64,000 nt of DNA from Fimbriosthenelais zetlandica. Lineage: Eukaryota. The stretch covers positions 12,834,001-12,898,000 of the forward strand of contig OZ365112.1 in the NCBI GenBank assembly GCA_977030845.1. Direction: 5' to 3'. Numbering within the stretch: position 1 is the stretch's first letter; the number at the start of each line of letters is the position of its first letter. Shown here in pieces: positions 9,401-21,400 of the stretch. A program made the position numbers and the translations under genes. The notes beneath the pieces were generated by a model. The model saw only the letters and a list, made by a program, of their open reading frames with translations. It had not been told where the DNA came from and made no database searches.

Positions 9401-12400
9401 TAAGGATTCCGTTTATATGTGGTGGAGAGGTCCACATGACTTGAAGAGAGGTATCCAGAACATTATCAAACCAGAGCATTCCAACCGCATCAGGAACTGT
9501 GAGAAAAGGGAGTATGGTTTATTGAAAATTGAGTAAAAGATCGAAGAAACTACATCTTTAACCGCTGTCCCATTCAATATTGAACTTTGAAGATTTATTC
9601 TAAGAACCATTAATAAAGGAATTATATATTTTACTTACCATCCTCCATGGTTTTGACTGAGACAGGAGGACTCGAGGGACCATCGCCTTTACTGGTGAAG
9701 CAGAGTATACGGATCTGGTAGTTGGTAAACTTGTGGAGGTGGTAGAGGTTGGCCGTCTGTTCACCTAACATGTTAGCCGTGTCTGATGGTATGGTCACCC
9801 AGATCTCTGACCCACTCTCACCGTCTACCTTAGCTTCAATCTGTTCAAAAATGTACAAAATCATTTTAAAATTTTTGATCAAGAAATATAACCCATAGCA
9901 TAGCCCAGAGCAAATTATATTCTTTCCTGTGCATATTCCACAGCATTTTCTTTTACGGATTTAGATATTTTAAAGTTATTTGTTTAATCTTAGGTAAAGA
10001 CGGTCAATGCGACTAGATGCGCTTTACATAATTATTTGACCCACCTTGTAGCCTTGGTTAATACCGTTGATGTACTGAGGACTGGGAGGGATCCACCTGA
10101 TCCGGATGCTGGTTGAGTTGAGAGCGGTAGCTGACACTTTTTTCGGAGCTTGGGTTGGCTTTCCTTCCATAGTTCGAACGTAAATAGTTGAGCTATAAAC
10201 CTGTAATGAAAACAAGTAAGATTTCTAACACTGTAGATAATTCAATTGGAGGGCGATACCTACATAAACGTCCTAGCCCAATATCACTCAATTGGAGGGC
10301 GATACCCACTTAAATGTCCTTGCCCAATATCATTCAACCGGAGGGCGATACCCACATAAAGGTCCTAGCCCAATACCATTCAAATGGAGGGCGATACCCA
10401 CATAAAGGTCCTAGCCCAATATCTTTCAATTGGAGGGCGATACCCATATAAACGTCCTAGCCCAATATCATTCAAATGGAGGGCGATACCCACATAAATG
10501 TCCTAGTCCAAGTCTAGTTTAGATCAAAAATAGACCTGCCCCTGCTCACTGACTATATACGAGATGCCTTACCCCTACACCTTTCCTGTTATAGGCAGCT
10601 GTAGCTATCTCATACTCCTGGAAGACGATCAGACCCTTGAGTTCATACATCTCCCGTAGCCGGCTGGTAATGTTCTCATAGGTGAGAGTTTCATCAGGAT
10701 AGCCTGACGGCTTGAAGCGGATAATGAAGCCTTGTAGAGGACCGTTCCACTTGTCTTCATCTGGAACTTTCCATCGTAGAATGATGGAGGTCTCAGATCG
10801 CGGACTGCCGACTACATCACGAGGTGGTCCACTGGGTGCTGTATGGAAATCAAATTACATTTATATTCAATTTTGCCTCTGATAGGAGTCAATATTGCAT
10901 TTGACCTTGAAAACTGTTCTCATTTCAGAAACTCAGTATTCAACATTCAAACACTTGCTGAAAAGCTTTCATTAAATAGATTACTTCATGCATAACTCAT
11001 GAAGACACTAAGTGAACTCTGGATAGCAAACATCATGTTACTACTGAGGTATTTGAGTAATTTAGTATAGAGAACTTACGTTGTTGAGGTAGGGTAACAG
11101 TCTGGCTTGGTTTGCTGCCCATACCTTCACCTACATCATTGACAGCGCTAACACGGAACTGGTAGGAGCGGGCAGGCAGTAGGCGAGGTACAGTATAGGT
11201 CATCATAGAGGCTGGTACCTGATCATTAGATACCACCCAACCTTCACTGTCTAATAACTCAGTACCTGCAAGAGACAGACAAGTCACTTAAATACCCAGA
11301 TCAAAATTTACAAATAGTAGTTACAACAAGGCAAATAAATGGGTTAAAAAGGTGAGATATTGCCATTTGAGGTCAGGCCAAAAGCAGTGATGCTCAATTG
11401 ACTGCGTAGAAAAATGCATAAAATATGCATACAAATGCATTAATTTCATTTTACAGACCAATGCCAAAAGCTTTTGTATATCCGATAGAATGCTCTTTTT
11501 CAATTGAAGGATTTGAAAGATGGATGCTTGACTGAGGCAAAATGGACAGAGATGCACAAGATCCAAGCCAAAATTTTAACAGATTATGAACCGTGCAAGT
11601 AGTGGTTGAAACGAAGCTACAAAATGATGTGCAAACTACTGGAGCCAAGCCAGACAACATCAAAATTAATACACATAGAAAAAGAAATGTAGATGAGAAT
11701 ATCATGCATTATTTAGAGAAGCATTTGAACAGCACCCAACAGAGAGACAGGAGTGGCAATTGCTTCTGAAAAGAATCGTCGGTTATTTCTGCCAGAATTT
11801 TTGACAAGTTTGCAACAAAAGGTCTTGAGAGATTCCTTGTGGTGTCTTCCAGGGTGACTATCTACTTTTTTAGGTACATCGACCAGACAGGTGGAGCCAA
11901 ATAATAGTTATAAATGAAGTAAAGAAAGAAAAATAGAGAAAGCAAAATGATGACAACATAATATACGGGGCCAACACAATATAAAATAATTTATAAATCA
12001 ACCAAACTGGGTTGCAGGGAGTGGCCAAAATCCACTAATAAACCTACCCATGAGGATCTGAGGCACTGCAAGAATCAACTAAAATGTTACTCTCTCACCC
12101 GGCATTTAATCTAAATTATATGCTTAATTCTGGATCCAGAGCAAAATTAGATATACAGTGCATTATATAATAATCAACTACGGTAGGTGAAGTTAGAGTT
12201 GATATCATTCCACGTGATACATTAGGTTTGTATGAGTACAGTGCAACTAGGCATAACCAACTGTGTCTTGCAACGTATTCAGATACGGATATTATACGTA
12301 AGGGTTATTAAATTATATTAAGAAGCATTAAATGAAAGTGATTTGCCCTTTTTGAGGAAATAAATCAAGTGAAAAATGTCAAAATGTATGTACAGAGGGT

Positions 12401-15400
12401 ATAAAGTAATGAAGTAGATACCTGGAGGGACGAGCCTGAACTGGACGATGTAACGTTTGATGGGAGAGTTACCATCAAAGCCAGGACTCCACCTCACATC
12501 TACAGCCCGAGTATTGTCAGCGTTAAGATGGACTTCATTCACAGACGGGGGATAAGGCAGCTCTGAAATATAGTAAAGTAGCATAAATATGGCGGAAAAT
12601 ACTCCAACAAACTCTACTATCTGACAGGCACAAGAGTATGCTGTTCCTGCCGAGTTTATCAAAATAATTGTATATAATATTAATATTTTAAATCATTCGT
12701 CCTTATAATCATTTCAAACTGGCAGGATTTGAAATTATTCTTAATAATTCAGTTATCCAACATCGATTACTTACTTTCATAATACAATACTGCATTAGAA
12801 ACGTTGTTATATATACCATATAATTGTTTTACAAATTAATAGTTTTAAAAATTAATCAGTTGCTATGACGTACCTATAACTTTGAGGTGGGCCGTGCCAG
12901 TGTCGTTTCCAGCTCGTGAGATAACGTCGCATCGATAGGTTCCGATATCAGAGTTGCGAACAGCACGTATCTTGAGGTTGCCTTTCTTGTCACCTTGTAG
13001 CAGTAGGAAGCGGTCATTATAAATGATAGGTTCATCATTATGGAACCAGCTCCAGCTCACACTGATAGCTTCATCATGACGGACCTTACAGTGAATGGTA
13101 TGAGTAGATCCCTTAATGACTGAGGCATCCTGAGGTGGTTCATACACGGCAGTCCTCACTGAAAAGATAAAGCGAACATGACATTACAAACTTCTATATA
13201 TATACATTTCAAATCATGCACAATACTAGACAAAAAATTCGCCTCTGGTCCCATCTATGTGATATGGGATAGCTAAATAGGCTAGAAAAATAGGAGCAAG
13301 TTTGCTAAAGTATAAATGTATTATTCCACTTACAGTAGACTCGGAGGAAGGCTGAGGCCACAGCTACGCCCTTGGTGTTGGTAGCGTTACAGACATATTT
13401 GCCCGAGTCGTCAACGTTAGCTCGCGTGATGAGCAGCTCTGAATCGTGGACCTGGATGCGACCTGAAGAACCTGTAAGGTCCTCACTGCGCCCTGACTCC
13501 AGCACTGAAACAATTAATACATATTAACTACGACTTACAAGACATCCTATATAATTTATAGCTGGAAGAACTGACTCTTGATTTTCATTTGACATGTTCA
13601 GGACCTACCTCTGTACCAAGTAACAATGGGTTTCGGAGCCCCTGTGACTTCACATGGTAGTTGGATGGTATCATCAGCGATCATTGTACTATTCTCCAAT
13701 TTGCGGACAATCTCAGGTGGTGAACCTATAGTAAATGAAACGGGGGTCAATGTTATGAATACCTTTATGAGTTGACGCTTAGAGCGCAGCAGAGTTATAG
13801 CAGGGGTGGATCATTTAGGTTACTCTTCTCCTAACTTGAGGTAAAGCTTTATAGGGTTGATTGTTACATGTAACAAAGAGTTTCTCATTGACTCACTCAA
13901 AACTTTCAGCCATGTTGCGGCGTTTATTTCTCCAGCTTCATTAGTGACAAAACACTGGAACATGCCGGAATCAGTCGGGTTCACCTCGCTGATAAATAGC
14001 TTTCCCTTCTCCTTTAATGAATATCTGAAATGGACAAAGACCCAGTAAGTTCTAGGAGCATACAGATAAAACCTATAGAAGTAATTTATTAAAATAGTTC
14101 CAATTATTTTAGTTATAATGCAGGAATTTCAGGTATCTTACCTCCCTTGGTAGCCATCTTCTAATGGTTTAGCGTTACGGTACCATTTTATTTCGGGGGT
14201 GGGTGCCCCCTCAGCTTGACAGAGAATTTCTAAATCAGAGCCGAAGTCTCGGTTTATCTCCGTCTGTGGTCCAGTTATAAAGGAAGGTTTAGCTGAAACA
14301 AAGAGCGAACAAATTATAAAATTGACACAGGTAGAGGTACAGGTTATTGAAGGCATTTTTAACTTAAATCTGTCTCAAATCATACCACAATGATTCAATA
14401 ATTACCAAGAACAGTTAAGTTGGCTCTGGCCACGGCAGCAGGGAAGGTGGGGCCTCCAGTCCTGTTGAAGACCGCCTCACACTCGTACATGCCGGAGTCA
14501 CTGAGTACTGGGTTCTTAATGGTCAGCTGTCTACGATACCGCGAGAAGATATACCGCAGATTATCCTGTCTAATCTCTACCCGACCCGACTCAGTCTTAC
14601 GAAACCAATTCATGAAGAGATAATTCAAGGACCTGGTGGAAAAAATGGTTGAAATGTTAATATTTTGAATATTTGTAATAGAATGAATGGTAGGCATGAT
14701 GGAAGGGCGTCTTCTGGATATGTAGGTGTAGTAGAGGTGTGTGGAGAGTGGCTGTAGGGCATGGATTAACATGTAATCTGTCTGTAATGGATTTAGATTA
14801 GTAAATGAGATTATCTCAGCTATAATGTGATCTCCCCATCTCTTCATTTGCCAGCTTTAGTCATTGGTCACCAATTAATATTATGGATGCATGTTTATAC
14901 TATAGGCCACCTTTGTAGAGGGGCTGCCCCTATTGTATTTTTTTCTATTTGCATTTAAGTTCTATCAATGTGTTTAATTATCATGACTCAAGTTCATGAC
15001 TGAATGTAGAAACACTACAATGGGAGTTCTTACATACTAAATCATATATAATCTAATCTAGGATTCATTAAACAAAAGTGCAAAGCAAAATTACAACATG
15101 AGGTTTGATTTAAGGGAAAAGCTGTAGACTTTCTCTTTCGGACATCAATGTTTTTTTTATCATATTCTTTGAATTACTAAGCAAAGATCTATCAGCTTTT
15201 AGATTAATTTAAGCAAAAAGTAGCAAAGATTGTAGCAACACTGAATTGTAATCCTCATGTAGAAGGATACAATGATCTAACTGATGGTCTTAATGTGTTC
15301 AATTGAAGCCTGTAAGATAAAGCATCAACACATCAACACCACGTGGTTGACAATTGAAAGACACATTTTAATAAAAACCGAAAAAAGCAGAGCAAAAACC

Positions 15401-18400
15401 AATCAAAATCAAAATTATTGCTGTCCTATCCACCAATTGTACAGAGGGAAGGAGAAACATCGATAATCACTGAGATGGGAATAAAAAAATATCTAACAAT
15501 GGGAAGGGCAATATACTACCACTCTCTCAATGGGATTGTGTCCAATTCTTTTCGTGAAAAAAAAAGATCGTCAAATTATGTCTCCAAAAATTTAAAACAA
15601 ATTGTTTTTCATTTTATATTTGACTGTAACGGAATAGTTATCTGGAAAGGAACCATTGTAGATAAATGTACTTGAATTGTTAAATTTGACATTTGTTTGT
15701 GATATAAAGCTCCTCAGTTTGGTAGAGACATATTTGGTTATCAGAATAAGCGTCCTTCCCAGCACCCAGGTCAGTATGTACCCATGTGACATTGGAGTGA
15801 GTGATAACCAAATTATTTTGAGCACGTATTAAATGAATGTGTCTGCTTAGTAGTGACATAAATAAGAAGCCAGGGAACAATTCCAAGAATAAGTGAATAA
15901 CCCTTCGGTATAGAAATGTATTCGTCCTTTATCAATAGCCCTCGTTTATATAAAAATATATTATATATAAGAAATGATTTATGAAATAATTTTCATTAAT
16001 AGTTCCGACCTTTTATATATACATTATTTACTGTAAGGTTATTACTTTTACTTCAATATTAAATGAATATTATTTATTTAAATTTATATTTTAATAAGAC
16101 CTAATTATTCAAAATTATCTGAAGCAGCTTTGTATACAACCTATATTAATTATATAATTGAAATAAAAATACATCAAAGTAAATCTTCTGTTCATGAATA
16201 TTTTCATGCTCATTCCTGGGACGGAGTCGAATCAATGAATTCAGATTTTAAATTCCTATTCATACCACAGAGCGAGACAGAAACATGATCTAGCCATGTG
16301 TGAAATTGGCACAGAGAGTTACAAAAAGTCGTCAAATTTGCATTCCTATTTCCTTTCATTCCTCATCAAATCTGATCGACTAAACGTCAGATTCCATGCA
16401 TTGCCTCCAAGCCATAGAGTTTGCATCCTACAAGATACTAATGTTAAGCACCCTCGTACATAAATATGCACCTTTTTCATGTTCATCATGACAAAACCTA
16501 TTGCAGACAAAATCGTGAAACCAGACACCCCCTGTCCTCATTCCAGAGCATGCAGGTTCCCTATAACTTGGTCTAAATTTATTAAAGCTCAAAGCCTTGA
16601 TCATTTTATAGAGCACTAATGGCAATATCTACTTAATCATTAGTTATTTTTATGTTGGCGCATGACACTTTATTCATATTCAGATCTAATAATAGCGATC
16701 ATTTCAACTCCAGAATATACCTTTACCTTTGACTATGTCCTATAACTACATTTATCTCTACATAGTTCAATAACAATTATTTTTAGAAAGTTTATCAACT
16801 TAAATATGGCCTGTTTTGTGTAAAATAAAATCTGGGAGTAGTGGGACATGAACACTGGGAACCAATTAACCTGATAAAAGACAGAATGGTGACTCCACCA
16901 AGAACAGGTAGGACGTGTGTGAGGTGACAGAGAAAGAAAGGAGAGAAGATGAGAGAGAAGAGAGGAGAGACACAGTATAATGGTAACACCTTGATTGGTC
17001 ATTAAATGGGTTCCCGGGAGGAGAAGGAGAAGAAGAAGAAGTTAGGGAGACCACTTCATGCACGCTTTTGGTACACAGGTGCCTGGTTAGCGGGCAAGTC
17101 ACAATTAACTTAATAGAAAAAGGCGTTCTCAGGCCAGAGACCGGAGAAAACTCATTGTTTTATTTTAATATTGTTCTCTAGCCCATTCTTGGAGAAAGAG
17201 TTCAACTTACACTCCGTTGCGGATAACTCTGTGCAAGCAGAATGGTACAAAGGATGGTAAAACGGTCAAACTTAGGATCAAATATTCAGAAATCTCAGAA
17301 GAAATGACGGTGCTATGTTCTTCTTTCCCCCTTAATATTCTAGGGAAAGATTTAAAATATTAACCAGGAGAGTATAATTCAAAGATATTTAGAAAATATA
17401 ATTCAACCGTGATTGGAAATAATGGAAAATATATTGAATATTTGCTTATAAATTAAATTACTTCACAATAATTACGATCTAAGTAATTTACCTTGCGTTG
17501 GCCACACACTCCAGCTTGGCTGCTCCTGTGTTTTGGACCACCTTGGTGTCCGTGGGAGGGATAACAATACTCGGGGGTATATCACCGGTGGCACTACCAA
17601 AGTCTGAAAAACCAATCAGCAAAATCATTGTTTCTATCTTAATAAATTTAAATAGAAAGTTTCTGAATATTCAGGTATATATTTGAGCTGCAATCACTAC
17701 TTCTAATGGGACATCATTCTATCTATCAATGAAGTAAATTAAAACGTATAAGAAATCATTACTCCATTAGAACAAAAAAAACCTTGCGTTACACAAAAAA
17801 AACTATCAAGATATGGATCTATAGGGAACCCATTATTGTAGAATCAATGAAAAATTGACTCCCAGAACTATATATATGCCTCATGCTTTAAAAAAAGGTT
17901 GCATATGGGAAACTGTGCAATGAAATGTAAAAATGTGCACTCAAAATTACTCTCGTACTGAAAATAGATTCCTAACATTGAATTCTTCGATTAAGGAACA
18001 TCAACAATCGTTTTGAAAATCTGATTGTTGAACATACTTTAACAGAAATTTAAATAAAATCAATCAAAAATCAAATCCACCTGACGATGCTCGATTGATT
18101 ATGAGGGGGTAGGAATCGTGCTTTATTTTACCTTCAGATTCCTCGCCTGGTTAACAGACACCATCATGTCAATTATTATTTGAAAAATAGTTATAATGGG
18201 AGCAAACTTCTATTAATTTATCAGACAAAATAATGAGTTGATATAGAGAACTACATTTGTATGCGTTCAATTCTTTCAGGGTTACTATAAATTTATAATG
18301 ACAGTTATATTCAGTAAAAGAAATTTAAGTCCTTTGCCCTCCCTTCTTAATTTTGTTTATCGTGATATTCAACCTGTAGGCCTAATATTTTATTTGTTGG

Positions 18401-21400
18401 TACATTAGTTTTCATTTCCCTTGTACTCACTTTGAACCCGGAGAGTGAACTCCTGGCTGTCTGAGGACTGACTGGTGTAGAGGTTGGTAGCTGTAGCGTG
18501 GAATTTTTCATTATTATCATTGATGCGCGTCTCCAGTAGAACTAGTTGGTTCTTCAGGGTGATATGAGTACGGTGACTCTTGAGCACCTGACGATTACCT
18601 TTCAACCACTGGATGTTAGGGGGAGGATAGCTGTCTATGGGAGGAAGGTCGATGATACAAGCCTGGCCTTGATCCACAGTCTTCTCCCGGGTTAACGTGT
18701 GGGGAAAAGGTGTTAAATCTAAAAGAAAATGTAAAAGATACATTAGACGATATGCTTCCCGAAAAGACCTGACAATTTTGGACATACTTCGAAGCAAAAC
18801 ACAGTTCAAGAGAGGATAGACGTCCGATTCTTTAATTTGACATACCACAAAGCTTTATGATCTAGTGATGTATTATTAGTTCCTTATTCTATGCAGAAAG
18901 AAGTTACTATTCCTACATTTTGCTCTGGGTCATTGATAGGATCAAAAGTAGCATATTAAGCATTAATATTCGCGCTTGGGGAGCAAAGATGAAAGGCTAC
19001 AGTATACATTAGAAACATTTTTTCTAAACATACAGAATATGTGAATACACCATTAGTTAGTAGAGATACAAGGCCCTCGGGCAATCAAGACAAACAAGTG
19101 GTTTAAGGGGAGACATGCCAAGGATGACTTCAAGTTGACTGATCACAAAATGCTACCTCTACCTCCATGTAATGGTACTGACTAACATAGGGCACTCCAC
19201 CTTCACCCTTATACTGACAAAGGTCAACAAGATAGGCTGGCTACATCCTGGCAAATACCAAAGGTCTGGAGTCTGCTGCTTGGCAGGTAAAAACAATCAA
19301 ATAACACCTGTACTGTACAGGTTAGGGCAGGAGCATTTGGCAAAGCCTGGAGTCTGAGGCATAAATCTTTCATAGTCACTGATGATTCACTATGTTCCTC
19401 CAGAGCAGATTCATCTCAGATGTTCCAACCATTTCTTCAACCAAAAATATTCACTTTCTTTCTTCGTTCACTGAGTTTATTAATAGTATCTGTAAAAAAA
19501 TGCTATGGATGATAAAAAAAGTCAAGTGCAAAGCAAGAGTACTGCTGCAGGATGTGGGGGTTTCAGCCCCACCCCACTACTCCAATATTGACCTCATTGA
19601 CCCAGGGAGGGTGCAGTGCCACCTGCTGTGGAAAAGAGTCAATTTTTGATGAAGCAGGGAGGATTTTTTTGAGGGGTGGGCCATTCTCTGAGGGCTTCCA
19701 AGAGGCTGGAATGATGAATAAAATAATTGTACCAGTCCTTGAGCAATGGACCATAAAGAAACGCCTATAGCAGGCATAAACAGTGAACAGAAGACAAGGC
19801 ATGAAATAATCAAGACACGTGCTACCACAGAAGGAAATGAAAGAGACCTTTGTACGTATAAAGTAATTACTGCATTGCGAAGATATCACTAAACGTGCAG
19901 AGCAAGAGTAAGTCTTGCTATACTCTTGAATTACGCATCACCTTAGAGGAAAACATCTTGGGGAACTTTTTACCAGTCTCAATCAGCAGCTAACATTTTC
20001 CCCAACTTATTAATTTGGTCACAGAAGTAATTGTTATAGACAGATAGTACGGATGAATGAATGATTATTGTATGTACTGGTATTTGTGGTATTAAAGTGC
20101 TCGCGCCCTGCATTGGTCTGCTGCACTGCAGGTAGGAACAGCTCCAAAAGCCAACCATTCAACTACATGTTTTCAAAGCCGTAAATGGTATTGGCAGCCA
20201 TTATTAAGCCTCATTAATATTTAACTAACCAAATAATAGATATTGATATGTGAGTTAAAGCAGGCACATTGGCACTGCCTCCAGTACAGGTGGACCAAGT
20301 GGTGGTCTCTTTCAACAGAGCATAAAGACAGAACACCCACAATGAAGACTCCGGTAAATACATTTTGCAAGTAGCAGCAATAAATTAATTGATTCATCAA
20401 ATCAATCATTACCTCAAGAATTTCATTGAGATTCTTAGAACTTTGATTCTAAGAACTTAGAATTCAATGGAACTTTGTTCTCCAAATCTCAATGAATTTT
20501 AAGGGTTACTGTCGCAAATTTATCAGACTTTTTAATGCCATAAAATGGGCTCCAGTAGAAAAGATTATAATATGGTTAAAAACAAGCATTTTTTTGTACA
20601 GAAATGTTTGCCATTTGCCTTTATCAACACTGGTAAAAGGAATGAGGTATCTGTACACTTCACTGCCTGAACAAGACAGTAAAATAGCAGCATATTTAAC
20701 TCGTTCTTGTTGAGAAAACGTACAACATGACAGCTCACTGGGCTCGGTCTTGTACCTGGCCGATGCCTAATAACAACGATCTGGCTATCACTGGATCCCA
20801 ATGGTCCAATAGAGAAGTTGCACATTGAAAGTAGCGTGTTTAAGTAACTAAACCCTTCATCTATCCACCTCAATTTACTCCAACAAGATCGAGCAGAATT
20901 GTGAGCCCAGGGGAGGTTAAAGTCCTACCAGTCTGATTAGTAACACATGGAGTAAACTATCAGTTACCAGACGAACTAAAAAGTAAATAAATCTCGTTAA
21001 AAATCAGTATATTTCATAACTTAAATAATAGAGGGACACGGGAGATGATTTATGTGGAGGAGATGTGGAAGTAAGAGCCAAGTTGAATGGAGTACAAGAT
21101 CATGATGAATGGGACCGGTGTCCACTAATAAAATACAACATGTGCTTTGCTGGACAGATTTTATATTTATTTATTTTTACATTGCTGCAAGCTGACCCCC
21201 TACAGTGCAATGGAAAATGATGAGATGTTTTAAACCATTGCTAGGATGTTTCACATTTAATTGTATGTCTGCATAGGGACACGGTTGCAGACAAGTGAAT
21301 AGATATTTTTTTCCAAACATCCATAACTTGTGTTATATTTGTTCCATTTATGCCACCATAATTCAGAACAAATTACTGATAATATAATGTAGTAAGTGTT

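Noticed and set aside
10241-10510. Regular repeat array resembling a CRISPR array
   Set aside because: Units are contiguous 46-bp copies with no unique spacers, there are no cas genes, and the array is in a eukaryotic intron.
12618-12620. Another 3-nt microexon-like unit (cag|ATA|gtagag)
   Set aside because: Moderate donor, no clear branch motif, and only 55 nt to the next acceptor; much weaker than 8806-8808.
262-14623. Plus-strand ORFs overlapping sdk exons (e.g. 262-468, 3131-3445, 4098-4325, 8276-8500, 13857-14048, 14420-14623)
   Set aside because: These are antisense shadows of GC-richer coding exons, with no recognisable domain or independent splice structure.
20221-20409. Hydrophobic minus-strand ORF in the Ig1-Ig2 intron, as a possible alternative first exon
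   Set aside because: Its GTTAGT donor is in phase 0, whereas exon 5 needs phase 1.
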